64,000 nucleotides of DNA, taken from assembly GCA_040218045.1 (NCBI GenBank), contig JAVJQA010000035.1, positions 17,946 to 81,945 on the forward strand, in the 5' to 3' direction. The position numbers were made by a program, and so were the translations under genes. Position 1 is the stretch's first letter. The number at the start of each line of letters is the position of its first letter. The notes beneath the pieces are model-generated. The model was not told where the DNA came from, ran no database searches, and saw only the letters and a list, made by a program, of their open reading frames with translations. This DNA comes from Marinoscillum sp. (GTDB taxonomy: Bacteria; Bacteroidota; Bacteroidia; Cytophagales; Cyclobacteriaceae). Positions 8,990 through 19,249 of this stretch are shown here, one piece after another.

Positions 8990-11900
8990 TTAAAGTGATT
9001 CCTCTTCCTTCTCACTCACCTCTTTCACATTATCCTTCGGATTCCTATCGATCAGCTTGTTGATCGGATCTATTCCAGCTTTGGTTGGCTTGGTACCAAC
9101 TGTCAAAGTGAAGGTGTTTTCTTCCTTAGAAATCTTGTGTTTTTTCAGGTAAACCAAACTGTCTTTGCCTTTACTGCTTTCAGTAAATACCCCAATGTCT
9201 ATCCAGTCTTTAAGCTCCTGAACCTCTTCACTTCCCAGGCTGTCAGCTTGATATTTGATGGTATTGACTGTGAGGCTGACCTCATAGGTGCTGTCAGGTA
9301 ACAGCTCATATTCTGCGTCCGTTGTTTTGTTTTCAAACAAAGTGATCGTCTCAAACATATCCGTAATGATGTACTGAAGGCTGTCTGGAGTAACCGCTCT
9401 GTAATAAGTGATCAAATCCTTTGAGGTAGGGTAGGGAGCATCTTTAAACGCCCAATCTTCATTGAAGCGCTTCAGTGCAGCGTTGACACTATCTTCCCCG
9501 ATATAGTCCTGCAGTGCAAACATTACCAGAGATCCTTTTCTGTAATGGATATAACCTTGACTTTCTACCTGGTAAAGCGGCATTTCCTTTTTCTGCTCAA
9601 ATGTTCGACCCATCAGGTAAGAGTTTAACTCGTATTTCAGAAACTCCTTGATGATCTCAGGCGGGAAGTTTTGCTTCATGACCATGAGCGCCGAGTATTG
9701 GGACAATGTTTCTGAAAGCATCGCATTACCTTTCACACCTGCTTCTGTCACCTGATGACCCCACCACTGGTGAGCCACCTCGTGGGCAGTTACGTAAAAT
9801 GGTAAGTCTACATCGTCCGTTTTGATGTGCTGGATAAAGCCAATACCCTCTGAGAATGGTACAGTGTTGGCAAACGATTGGGCAAATGATCGGTATCTTG
9901 GGAACTCCATAATACGCAGCTGCCTGAACTGATAAGGACTGAAGTTTTTAGTATAATAAGTCAGTGCCTCCTTCATACCAAGCATCATTTTGTCCGTATT
10001 GTACTCGTGACCTTTGTTGTAATAAATCTCCAAAGCCACTTCCGGTAAGCTATCCACTGGCGGTTGCCAGGTGTCTTTGATTACCGCATAGTCAGCAGAT
10101 ACGATAGAGTAGAAGTTGACCATTGGCGTATCCATCTTGTAGTGATAATAAACACGACCTCCTTCGTTCCATTTTTTTTGCAGATATCCGGGAGCAATGG
10201 CTATTTGACTGCTGTCAGTAGAAATGGTCACCTCAAAGCTGATTTTGTCAGCATCATCCCCAAACAAGCTCTGGGCAAGGCCTCGTGGATCATCCGTTTC
10301 CAGCATCCGCTCTTTCGGCTCCAGGTCTTGTTTTTTTCTGTCATCATCACTGCTCAGCTCAAAGCCCTCATTGTATCCAATAGATGGGAAATAAGCCGAA
10401 TTATTGAAGAAAGTGCCATTGTAGATAATGTCTGTGTTTGATCCGCCTTCTTTGAAGCCAGTGGTGGTAAACGTGACCTCAAAGTCCATCTGTATGGAAT
10501 CTCCGGGATAAAGCGGATTGTCCAACTTATAGATTGTATACCTAAAGTCTGAATAAACAGTGTCAATTTCAAAATCCTTTACAAACGAAACTTTGGTTTC
10601 TACCTGACCGTCGGGAGAATTTTGAATGTGAACATTTGTAATCGTATCCTGACTCTTGTTTTTCAATAAATAATAGCCGGATGCTTTGAAGTCACGATTT
10701 TTTGGATAAACGTCCACGTCCAGTTTAGTGCCAATGATCTTTGGTTGAGACAACAATTCATATTGCTTAAGTGTGCGTTCATATTTAGCCTGATCTGCTT
10801 TTCTGTCGTCAGAATTTTGGTATTCATTCAGGACATTGGTATTGTAATAAATGTACGCACCACTTGCTCCGAAAACCACCAGAGAGAAGATTATCGCCAT
10901 GACCACCTGACCGTTTACTCTTTGCTTGCCCAGCTTTAGCCGGACAGAGAATTTAGAATCAATACCTCTTACAGAGAATAGGATTGCCAAAGCATAAAGG
11001 AAAGTGGCAAAGCCAAACCAATAGACATTTAACCAGGAGAAAGGCTGTAGGTAGTGACCAAACTTATTCATTTCAGAATAACCACCAAGGCCAGTGCGCC
11101 CAAAATAGAACATGGTGTGCTCAAGGCCAAGCTCACTCATCACGATCATCGAGATATAAAAAACAAACATCAAACCAAACCCGATAAACTTGTGATTGAT
11201 GATGGCCTGGATAAATAGTCCAAGCATGAGGTACAATACCATCGTACCCATCGTGTCAACAAATAGCTCGGTGAAATAAAGACTCCACTCTATGTTTGGA
11301 TAGCCTTTGATCAACTGGATAATAATCCCACAAAACATTAAGGTTAGCATGAGTGCAACACTCATCAGGATCATCCCGATGAATTTGCTGGCCAGGCTGA
11401 TGTAACTTGGATAAGGGAGCGCATCATAGATCAAATCCATTTTAACATCGCGCTCTTTCCAGACGATCTCACCAGTGTAGAATACAATAATGATGATAAA
11501 GAAAAGGTTGAAGATTCCTATAAACTGAACTGCTCTGCTGGTGGTCATGTACAGTTCTATACCATAACTTCCTTCGGCTCCTACGAATGCAATGATAAAA
11601 ACGAAGATCACTCCTGCCAGCACTATGAACATGAATGGCACTTGCTTAATGATCCATTTAAAATAGAACCAGGATAAGCTTCTGAGCTGGGTTAGTTGAG
11701 CCCCAAAACCAAACACTTGCTGAACTACCGGAGATTCAATAATTTCCGATTTTAGCTCCCGAATAGTCTTTTCACCTTTGTTTTTTGTCTTTTTGGAGGC
11801 ATTTCCTGCTAGGTTAAAATCAAACCTGATATAGAGAAAGACCAGTGACAGCAACCCGATACCGAGCCAGATCAAGCGGTTAGACAAGATGTAACCTGAA

Positions 11901-12610
11901 AGGGGCATGAGCTGGCTATTTTGCTCAGATACGGTCCAGTATTGCGTGGTGACTTCCAAAGCTCCAAACCCAAATGGGTCAAGCATGGCTGCTAATCCCT
12001 GATTGTCGAGCTGAGAGATGAATGTTTGTGCAACGAGGTAACCCATAAAGAGGATGATACCCTGGGCATAAACCACTACCATTCTTTTGCCAAGTGATCC
12101 TCCAAGAAAGAAGAGTGCACTGAAGAACAAGAGGTTAGGGAATACAAAGACAAAATAAGGGTTGATGTATGACATGAAACTGAATTCCATCAATCGATCT
12201 GCATTGTCTTGCCACGGCCATTGGATGGCCTGACCCACCATAATCCCCAGGATCAACCCTGAGGTGATGATCAGAATAGTGATAAACGAGCCAAGAAACT
12301 TTCCACTCAGGTAATCAAACTTACTGACCGGAGTTGTGAAAATCATCGAGTCAGTTTTGTGTTCAAAATCGCGCAAAACAGGCACACCCATTACCGCTGA
12401 GGTAATAAATGTTCCAAAAATCATCATAGCTACCATGAGCTGTGTGATGACTATGGGTGCATTTTCCATCACTTTTCCACCGCTTCCTCCTGCACGAATA
12501 ACATCCGTTGCGCTGGCTAAAAAGCCCATCAGTAGCAGAAGAACAAAATAAATATAGGTAGCCGGTCGGTTGAACCGGTAGTTCAATTCAAATCTTATAA
12601 ACTCTATCAT
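8990..12610 (-). CDS. ABC-2-type transporter permease fused to an M1-family (gluzincin) peptidase domain
   Basis: 1206 aa. Residues ~1-600 are multi-TM. Residues ~600-1206 are soluble and carry the zinc site HEVAHQWWGHQV...SE. RIMEF stands in place of the GxMEN motif. Confidence 0.8.
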   Translation of the reverse strand: MIEFIRFELNYRFNRPATYIYFVLLLLMGFLASATDVIRAGGSGGKVMENAPIVITQLMVAMMIFGTFITSAVMGVPVLRDFEHKTDSMIFTTPVSKFDYLSGKFLGSFITILIITSGLILGIMVGQAIQWPWQDNADRLMEFSFMSYINPYFVFVFPNLLFFSALFFLGGSLGKRMVVVYAQGIILFMGYLVAQTFISQLDNQGLAAMLDPFGFGALEVTTQYWTVSEQNSQLMPLSGYILSNRLIWLGIGLLSLVFLYIRFDFNLAGNASKKTKNKGEKTIRELKSEIIESPVVQQVFGFGAQLTQLRSLSWFYFKWIIKQVPFMFIVLAGVIFVFIIAFVGAEGSYGIELYMTTSRAVQFIGIFNLFFIIIIVFYTGEIVWKERDVKMDLIYDALPYPSYISLASKFIGMILMSVALMLTLMFCGIIIQLIKGYPNIEWSLYFTELFVDTMGTMVLYLMLGLFIQAIINHKFIGFGLMFVFYISMIVMSELGLEHTMFYFGRTGLGGYSEMNKFGHYLQPFSWLNVYWFGFATFLYALAILFSVRGIDSKFSVRLKLGKQRVNGQVVMAIIFSLVVFGASGAYIYYNTNVLNEYQNSDDRKADQAKYERTLKQYELLSQPKIIGTKLDVDVYPKNRDFKASGYYLLKNKSQDTITNVHIQNSPDGQVETKVSFVKDFEIDTVYSDFRYTIYKLDNPLYPGDSIQMDFEVTFTTTGFKEGGSNTDIIYNGTFFNNSAYFPSIGYNEGFELSSDDDRKKQDLEPKERMLETDDPRGLAQSLFGDDADKISFEVTISTDSSQIAIAPGYLQKKWNEGGRVYYHYKMDTPMVNFYSIVSADYAVIKDTWQPPVDSLPEVALEIYYNKGHEYNTDKMMLGMKEALTYYTKNFSPYQFRQLRIMEFPRYRSFAQSFANTVPFSEGIGFIQHIKTDDVDLPFYVTAHEVAHQWWGHQVTEAGVKGNAMLSETLSQYSALMVMKQNFPPEIIKEFLKYELNSYLMGRTFEQKKEMPLYQVESQGYIHYRKGSLVMFALQDYIGEDSVNAALKRFNEDWAFKDAPYPTSKDLITYYRAVTPDSLQYIITDMFETITLFENKTTDAEYELLPDSTYEVSLTVNTIKYQADSLGSEEVQELKDWIDIGVFTESSKGKDSLVYLKKHKISKEENTFTLTVGTKPTKAGIDPINKLIDRNPKDNVKEVSEKEEESL

Positions 12611-12720
12611 GTGAAGTTTAGGTTAGTACTTTCAATAAGGTTCATGTGTTTTTTAGGCAGAAGTCCAATTGATCCAGGCTTGGAAAATATCCGTCTTGGT
12701 TCTGGCTCTGCCTGTTTAGG

Positions 12721-13614
12721 TTAGGCTGCTACTTCAGCAGTTGGAGTTGATTCTTTGATTTTTGAAAAGTAAACGTCTTCCAGATCTGCCTGCTCAGGAT
12801 GGAAGGAGTCATCTGGTTTGGTGTCACTAAACACATGGATTTCAGGTTTACCGGCTATCAGTCTCTCTGAGATTACATTGTACTTTTCATTGTAAGCGAT
12901 CATCTCTTCTTTCTCAATGGTCTTGCTCCAGATTTTTCCTTCAATGCTTTTGATGGACTCTATTGGGTTTCCGGTCAAGAGTACTTCTCCCTGATTGATG
13001 ATGGCCATATTGGTGCAGAGCTCCTTTACATCGTCCACAATGTGCGTGGAGAGGATCACCACTGTGTTTTCACCAATTTCACTGAGGAGGTTCAGGAATC
13101 TATTTCTCTCGGCCGGATCTAAACCCGCTGTAGGCTCATCCACTATAATCAATTTGGGATTGGAGATCAACGCCTGAGCAATGCCGAATCGTTGTTTCAT
13201 TCCACCTGAGTACCCACCAACACTTCTTTTGCGGTGCTGCCAAAGGTTGGTTTTCTGTAAAAGAGACTTTACCAAAGCCTTGCGTTCTTTGCCGTTTGTA
13301 ATCCCTTTCAAAACAGCAATATGATCTAGTAAGTCAATGGCTGATACTTTAGGATATACCCCAAATTCCTGAGGTAAATATCCGAGCACTTTTCTCACCT
13401 CATTTTTTTGTTTTAAAACATCAAGGTCGCCTAGAGTGATTGTCCCTGAATCCGGCTCTTGTAGTGTAGCGATTGTGCGCATAAGGGAAGATTTTCCGGC
13501 TCCGTTTGGTCCCAGCAGGCCAAACATTCCAACTGGAATTTCCAAGGTAACATCTTTCAACGCCTGAACGCCGTTGGGATAGGTTTTACTTAAATTCTGG
13601 ATTGATAAGTTCAT
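12721..13614 (-). CDS. ABC transporter ATP-binding protein (partner of the permease/peptidase)
   Basis: 297 aa. Walker A GPNGAGKSS, signature YSGGMKQR, Walker B LIIVDEPTAGLD. Confidence 0.9.
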   Translation of the reverse strand: MNLSIQNLSKTYPNGVQALKDVTLEIPVGMFGLLGPNGAGKSSLMRTIATLQEPDSGTITLGDLDVLKQKNEVRKVLGYLPQEFGVYPKVSAIDLLDHIAVLKGITNGKERKALVKSLLQKTNLWQHRKRSVGGYSGGMKQRFGIAQALISNPKLIIVDEPTAGLDPAERNRFLNLLSEIGENTVVILSTHIVDDVKELCTNMAIINQGEVLLTGNPIESIKSIEGKIWSKTIEKEEMIAYNEKYNVISERLIAGKPEIHVFSDTKPDDSFHPEQADLEDVYFSKIKESTPTAEVAA

Positions 13615-13895
13615 AGGTTATATTTTGACTTTTTCAGATTAGTGTTTGAGTTGATTAGGAAAATTACACTCATTTGAAAGAAATTCTAATATTCTCACCG
13701 ATTATGTAGCCGTAATCACCTGGAATTGCTTCAACCGATTTTATCATTATCGTATTAAACGGTTGAAAAGCTTCTTCTTGATTTGTTTTATTTTCAATGC
13801 AATAGGGTAATAATTTGATATTGTGTAATTAATATTCGATCTATTGAAAATTAGAGCAGTATAAGCGTACTTTGTTAAAAATAAACTCAAAGGAC

Positions 13896-14129
13896 ATGGC
13901 TCAAGCTAAATTTAGACTCTACTCAATTCTCGACGTTACCATTTCCATCATTGGTCTCACACTTTGCATTTTAACAACCTACTGGTTGTATCTGGGAGTG
14001 GCATTTGAATTTCTGCTGTTCAGCGGAACTCTAGGTGCAGTGATGACAGTTTTAGGTACCTCATTGTTCATTGATTTGATTCGCTTTAGATCTAAAATGG
14101 CAAAAAAGGATATATACTTCTTTAATTGA
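13896..14129 (+). CDS. hypothetical small 2-TM membrane protein
   Basis: The track ORF starts at TTG 13872; ATG 13896 (MAQAKFRLYS...) is more likely. Two hydrophobic helices, no recognisable motif. Confidence 0.4.
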   Translation: MAQAKFRLYSILDVTISIIGLTLCILTTYWLYLGVAFEFLLFSGTLGAVMTVLGTSLFIDLIRFRSKMAKKDIYFFN

Positions 14130-14197
14130 AAAATACCTTTGCGGTATAAGTCAATTTTTGATATCTTGGTTTCAATACATGAAACTTAAATAAAGCC

Positions 14198-14419
14198 ATG
14201 ATGAACACAGGAAGACCAAAGTGGATACTTGGAGGAATTTGTCTTGTTATTGGAATTAGTTCTATTATTTTTCGTCCCTTACCTGATCTAACCAGTCATG
14301 ACTATTCCGTTGCTGCAGTTTTGGGATATTACTCAGGTTATTATTTGATTTCTGTCTTATCCACATCGGTAGGATTTACGCTTCTTATTCGGTATATAAT
14401 TTCTTCAAAGATCGCCTAA
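14198..14419 (+). CDS. hypothetical small 2-TM membrane protein
   Basis: 73 aa, two hydrophobic helices, no recognisable motif. Confidence 0.4.
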   Translation: MMNTGRPKWILGGICLVIGISSIIFRPLPDLTSHDYSVAAVLGYYSGYYLISVLSTSVGFTLLIRYIISSKIA

Positions 14420-14421
14420 TC

Positions 14422-15213
14422 TTATTTTGTGGATGGAATTGCTCCATTCCAAAGAGAAGGTGCCAGTAAGAAATTCGGGTCAGGATTTCTTAAGGAATTT
14501 AAAATACTTGATTTAATCTGAGGGTTGTCTTTTTGCAGTGTAGTAAGGAGGTTTTTGATGTATTGTCGTTTCATGCCATCTTGAGAACCACAAAGGTTGC
14601 AGGGCACGATAGGCCATTGCTGAATGGAGACAAACTCTTCAATGATCTTTTCCTCAAGCGCATAGAGCGGCCGGATCACATGGATGTTTTCCTTATTGGT
14701 TTTATAATGAGGAGCCATAGAAGCCAGTTGACCAGAGTAAAAGGCATTCAACAGGAAGGTTTCAATCAAATCATCCAAATGATGACCTAAGGCAATTTTG
14801 TTACATTTCATCTTAGCTGCCAGGTCATAGAGGACTCCACGTCTCAACCTGCTGCAAAGAGAACAGTAGGTATTGCTGCCTTTGATTTTTTCTACAACCA
14901 CCGAGTAGGTATCTCGATACTCAATATGAAATGGTACTGCCCATGTCTTGAATAACTCCGGAAGAATATGATCCGGAAAACCGGGCTGTCCCTGATCTAG
15001 GTTCACAGCAACTATCTCAAAGTCTATCGGGGCTTTTTTCTGAAAGTCTTTTAAGAAGTGGAGCAAGCATAGGCTGTCTTTGCCACCACTTACAGCAATC
15101 AGCACCTTGTCTCCATTTTCGATCATTTTGAAATCAGCAATTGCTTTGCCAATCTCCGAATTGATCTTGCTGTGCAGTTTTTTCTCAACCGATTTTGTTG
15201 TGGCTACTTCCAT
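14422..15213 (-). CDS. ttcA: tRNA 2-thiocytidine(32) synthetase TtcA
   Basis: 263 aa. PP-loop SGGKDS and Cys motifs CSLCSRLRRG and PCNLCGSQ. Confidence 0.85.
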   Translation of the reverse strand: MEVATTKSVEKKLHSKINSEIGKAIADFKMIENGDKVLIAVSGGKDSLCLLHFLKDFQKKAPIDFEIVAVNLDQGQPGFPDHILPELFKTWAVPFHIEYRDTYSVVVEKIKGSNTYCSLCSRLRRGVLYDLAAKMKCNKIALGHHLDDLIETFLLNAFYSGQLASMAPHYKTNKENIHVIRPLYALEEKIIEEFVSIQQWPIVPCNLCGSQDGMKRQYIKNLLTTLQKDNPQIKSSILNSLRNPDPNFLLAPSLWNGAIPSTK

Positions 15214-15245
15214 TGCCGCAAATATCGGAAGCTCTTGTCGAAAAT

Positions 15246-15968
15246 CTAGTATCTAAAACTGTTCTTAGCGTCATTTAGAGACCAGTCATACTCATAGGTA
15301 TCTAAAGTGTGGTTTTCAGGAATCGCAATTTCACGGTATTGATTGATATACCCTTTAATGTCTGAAGTGTCTGACTCAAAATCCTTTTTGTACCAATCAA
15401 ATACTTTTGAAATTAATGTCTTGTCTTTGTAGACACGCACATACCAGTTGATGTTTAATACCTCACGAGTTTTGCGATCAAGCATTGTCTCCAGCGAATC
15501 TGGCACATAGGCATAGTTGGAGATCGGGGGGCAACCAATAGCAGCACAAACAAGCACAAAATGTAACCGTGGATCAGGGAAAGCAGGAAATAGGATTTGT
15601 TTTTCCAACCCATCAAGTGTGACATCCCTTCCCGCGACCTTAAAAATGGTCTTACTAAAAAAACCATCAATGTCCCAAGGGCCATCTATCGGAAGCTCAT
15701 CCACTACTTGTTTGATGACCAGTATGTTGTAGGCGTTGGTGTAAAAAGCTTTCTGTTGCTCAGGAGTTTTTCCTGCGATCAGGTAATTGGCTATTTGTCT
15801 TACAAGTACATTCAGTTCTGTGGGGTTTTCTTTGATGCTTTCATACTCGATTAACCCCGATTTCACATGATCTGCAAAAAAGGTATTGGCATTAGTGAAA
15901 AAGTCTGGAGTTTGGGCTGTAGCCGAAAAGAGGACTACAGTTAAAAGAGAGGTTACTAAAAGTTTCAT
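15246..15968 (-). CDS. DUF547 domain-containing secreted protein
   Basis: The track ORF starts at TTG 16040; ATG 15968 gives the signal peptide MKLLVTSLLTVVLFSATAQ. DUF547-like motifs FYTNAYNILV and DPRLHFVLVCAAIGCPP. Confidence 0.7.
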   Translation of the reverse strand: MKLLVTSLLTVVLFSATAQTPDFFTNANTFFADHVKSGLIEYESIKENPTELNVLVRQIANYLIAGKTPEQQKAFYTNAYNILVIKQVVDELPIDGPWDIDGFFSKTIFKVAGRDVTLDGLEKQILFPAFPDPRLHFVLVCAAIGCPPISNYAYVPDSLETMLDRKTREVLNINWYVRVYKDKTLISKVFDWYKKDFESDTSDIKGYINQYREIAIPENHTLDTYEYDWSLNDAKNSFRY

Positions 15969-16049
15969 ACGGCAATTAGGATAGTAGCAGTTGATTAAGT
16001 TATAGCATTTAGAGGGATTTCCACGATTTAATCCCTCCAAATAACGACA

Positions 16050-17054
16050 TCAAAGACCCTTTTGGATGTTTTGATTACCAAATTTCAAAGCTTTTACAAG
16101 CTCTTCAATTGATTCCAACACCATAGAGTCGTTATTAGTTTTGAGCAACCAGTTTGTTGTACTTGCCTCCACAGTTATTTCAGCCGTTTGATCAATTTGA
16201 TAGCCATTCCGCTTCAAAGCCTGAATCGTCCAAAATTTCCTGTCTTCTTCTCCTATCACACTAACTTTAGGCCCGTGCTGATCCATTACCACAATACCAT
16301 GGATCATGTCATACCCATGATTGTGCAGATAAAGTGTTTTCTCCAATGAACCATTCAGGATCAGGTCTTCGGGGGTTCCTGAAGTAACAGGTTCATTGAA
16401 ATTGAAAAGCCAAAGCAAATCAGAAAGTTGTGTACTGACCTGCATATCATGCGTAGAGATTATAATGCCCTTCCCCGTTTTAGCTATTTTCCTCAGCAGA
16501 ATCATCACTTCAATCTTGTTGTAAAGATCGAGATGAGCCGCAGGTTCGTCTAGCAGAATCAAATCAGTCTCCTGAACAAGCGCACGGGCAATCATCACTT
16601 TTTGCATTTGGCCATCACTGAGTTCGTAAAGCTTTTTATTGGCCAGATAGTTAATATTGGTTTCACTGATTGCCCAGTCTATTACACCCTTATCCTTTTC
16701 GCCCAATGTACCCAACCATCCGGAGTAGGGGTGCCTGCCAATGGCTATAAGTTCAAGTACCGTAATGGTTTGATTGAAGGGCTTTTCAGTTAGTACAATG
16801 CTGATTTGACGCGCCAGGTCTTTTGGTCTAATGCGCTTAAGGTCTTGTCCATGATAAAACACCTGGCCATCCAAAACTGGCAAAAGACCGCAAATGGATT
16901 TAATGAAGGTTGTTTTACCAACCCCATTTTGGCCCATTAGGGAGATGATTTGCCCTGGTTCCACGCTGAGGTTAATGTCTTTTTGGATAATGGAAGTGGT
17001 GTTTTTCCCTTTCCTGTAGCCAATACTTAGTGATTTGGTTTCCAGCAATTTCAT
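16050..17054 (-). CDS. iron-siderophore/cobalamin-type ABC transporter ATP-binding protein (BtuD/FecE-like) with a C-terminal extension
   Basis: 334 aa. Walker A GQNGVGKTT, signature LSDGQMQK, Walker B LILLDEPAAHLD. About 90 extra C-terminal residues. 4-nt overlap with the permease gene. Confidence 0.85.
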   Translation of the reverse strand: MKLLETKSLSIGYRKGKNTTSIIQKDINLSVEPGQIISLMGQNGVGKTTFIKSICGLLPVLDGQVFYHGQDLKRIRPKDLARQISIVLTEKPFNQTITVLELIAIGRHPYSGWLGTLGEKDKGVIDWAISETNINYLANKKLYELSDGQMQKVMIARALVQETDLILLDEPAAHLDLYNKIEVMILLRKIAKTGKGIIISTHDMQVSTQLSDLLWLFNFNEPVTSGTPEDLILNGSLEKTLYLHNHGYDMIHGIVVMDQHGPKVSVIGEEDRKFWTIQALKRNGYQIDQTAEITVEASTTNWLLKTNNDSMVLESIEELVKALKFGNQNIQKGL

Positions 17055-18115
17055 GATTGATAGGAGTAATTCAGGTTTCTCCTTTTTAATAGGATGTAAA
17101 TCACAAAAGGTGCACCGAAAAGCGCCGTAACGGCATTGATTGGAAGTGTGGCTTCAGTACCTGGCAGTTGGGCTACAAAATCAAAGACTAGCATCAGGGT
17201 GGCTCCAAAAATGATAACCAATGGTGTGAGTAGTAGATGGTTGGACGTATTGAATAGCATCCGGGTCAGGTGGGGAAGTGCCAATCCAAAAAAGGCTATT
17301 GGCCCGCAGAAGGCTGTGACAACTCCAGCTAATATTGCAGTGTTGAGTATGATGAAGAATCTTGTTCTTTTCAAATTTAACCCCAGGCTTACTGCATAGT
17401 TTTCTCCAAGTAAAAGTGTGTTGAGGGATTTAGATAATAAGACAGATCCAATCAAACCCAGGATGATGAGCGGAATGAAGACATTTAATTCGGTCCAACT
17501 GAGGCTCCCCAGGCTTCCAAAAGACCAAATCACATAGGCCTGAATATTTTCGGCCTGGCTGAAAAATTGTAAGATGCTAACGAAGGCTCCTGACGCAGCA
17601 CCGAACATCAACCCAATGATCAGCAAGGTTACACTGTCTTTCACCCGAGTGGCAGCAACAGAAATCACAAAAAGGATCATAATAGAGCCCAAACCCGACG
17701 CTGCCACTAAGAGCCAACTCCGACCAATACCCGAAAGCTCTAAAAACCCACCTATATAAAATCCTAAGAAAATAGCGATAGCAACACCCAGGCTCGCACC
17801 TGAACTAATCCCAAGTACATATGGGCCTGCCAGCGGATTTCTGAAAAGGGTCTGCATCTGAAGGCCACTTACACTCAGGGCACTACCTACCAGCGCAGCT
17901 GTGAGTGCTTTTGGGATACGGAAATTACTAAGAATCATATCTGAAACCCTGTTTCCACTTGATCCGGAAAAGACAAAGTCAATCAAAGCAGGTATCGGGA
18001 TGTAAACCGAACCAAAACTCATGTTGATCACAAAACTAACCACTAGGAACCCAGACAGAATCAGCAGTATTCTGCTCCAACGTTTTTTGGACGCTTCTAA
18101 ATGCTGATTAATCAT
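17051..18115 (-). CDS. FecCD/BtuC-family ABC transporter permease
   Basis: 354 aa with about 9-10 TM helices and a family-typical glycine-rich core. Start/stop overlaps with both neighbours. Confidence 0.85.
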   Translation of the reverse strand: MINQHLEASKKRWSRILLILSGFLVVSFVINMSFGSVYIPIPALIDFVFSGSSGNRVSDMILSNFRIPKALTAALVGSALSVSGLQMQTLFRNPLAGPYVLGISSGASLGVAIAIFLGFYIGGFLELSGIGRSWLLVAASGLGSIMILFVISVAATRVKDSVTLLIIGLMFGAASGAFVSILQFFSQAENIQAYVIWSFGSLGSLSWTELNVFIPLIILGLIGSVLLSKSLNTLLLGENYAVSLGLNLKRTRFFIILNTAILAGVVTAFCGPIAFFGLALPHLTRMLFNTSNHLLLTPLVIIFGATLMLVFDFVAQLPGTEATLPINAVTALFGAPFVIYILLKRRNLNYSYQS

Positions 18116-19179
18116 GGAAGTTTTTTGAAGTAATAGGTTTCGTAATCTTCCATTAGCTCCGGGTGAATGATCTTGATCAAATCCGCCAGTACAATATCTG
18201 GTCTTGCATATCCGGATTCAAAAAAATCATATCCTCCAGTGGGACTGATCCTTTTATTGTAATTATAGACTTGATCATTATTGAATGGATCAAAATCAGC
18301 ATATCGCGCATCCTGACCTTTCAGTTCTGCTTTGGTGTTGAAGGTGCTCGTCCCAATCCAAAAGTCGGCTTCACCCGCTTTTTCATAGACCGACTCAAAG
18401 CTCAACTCGATCCATCCTGAAGTTGAGTTTTGAGCCCACAAATAGTTTCCTCCAGCATCTTCATAAAACTCTGCGGCCCAATTTTTACCTCCTGGCAAAT
18501 ACCAGATATCTCCATAGACCACACCACTCAATATCGTAGGACGATTTTCAGTGTCAGATGCCAGTTCTTTCAGGGATTTATATCGATCAGAAATTTTCTT
18601 GAATACGGAGTCTGCTTTGGTTTGAAGTCCAAAATACGCTCCAAAGAACCTTATCCATTCTGCTCTGCCCAGCGCAGAAGATTCCAGGAAATCGGCATTA
18701 TAAATCACTGGAATCCCTGCTTCCTCAATCTTGTCCAAACCAACAGACTCACTACCCATATCAAAAGCAAACACTGCATCAGGGTCAAGGGATATTAGTA
18801 ACTCCAGGTTCATCCCTCCGTCAGGACCAAGATCTGTTATTTGCCCATTCTCAACTCTTTTTCTGAAAGATGGAGAACTGATGTATTTGGTTCCGGGAAA
18901 TCCGACCAGGTAATCTTCTAATCCCAGCATTTCTAAGTAGGGGAGATGTGTTGTGGATGTAACGATAATTCGGGTGTGATCAGGCGCGGGCTCGTAAATT
19001 CTCGACTGAACAGCCCCTGGCCATGGTTCATTCACTTTCAGTTCACTTTCATGAATTTCAAATTTAGTGGCAAATTCGACTCCCGTCTTTTCCTGGGAGT
19101 TGGCATGTCCGGTCTTTTTTTGTGGCCCATTACATCCAAGTAGTAACACGATAATGACCAATGGTAGAAATCCTTTCAT
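18112..19179 (-). CDS. periplasmic substrate-binding lipoprotein (BtuF/FhuD class)
   Basis: 355 aa with lipoprotein signal LLLGCNG. First gene of a three-gene operon with permease and ATPase, divergent from the riboswitch-controlled btuB-like gene. Confidence 0.75.
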   Translation of the reverse strand: MKGFLPLVIIVLLLGCNGPQKKTGHANSQEKTGVEFATKFEIHESELKVNEPWPGAVQSRIYEPAPDHTRIIVTSTTHLPYLEMLGLEDYLVGFPGTKYISSPSFRKRVENGQITDLGPDGGMNLELLISLDPDAVFAFDMGSESVGLDKIEEAGIPVIYNADFLESSALGRAEWIRFFGAYFGLQTKADSVFKKISDRYKSLKELASDTENRPTILSGVVYGDIWYLPGGKNWAAEFYEDAGGNYLWAQNSTSGWIELSFESVYEKAGEADFWIGTSTFNTKAELKGQDARYADFDPFNNDQVYNYNKRISPTGGYDFFESGYARPDIVLADLIKIIHPELMEDYETYYFKKLP

Positions 19180-19249
19180 AAGGTCAAAATTGAATAAAAA
19201 AAATTAACGGCACATGGAAATGAACTTTTGATTGATATCTTTGGCCTTG

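Noticed and set aside
14357-14365. A second perfect DnaA box, TTATCCACA.
   Set aside because: It is inside a small ORF (codons Leu-Ser-Thr), isolated, with no neighbouring boxes or AT-rich unwinding element. One or two chance 9-mer matches are expected in 64 kb on two strands.
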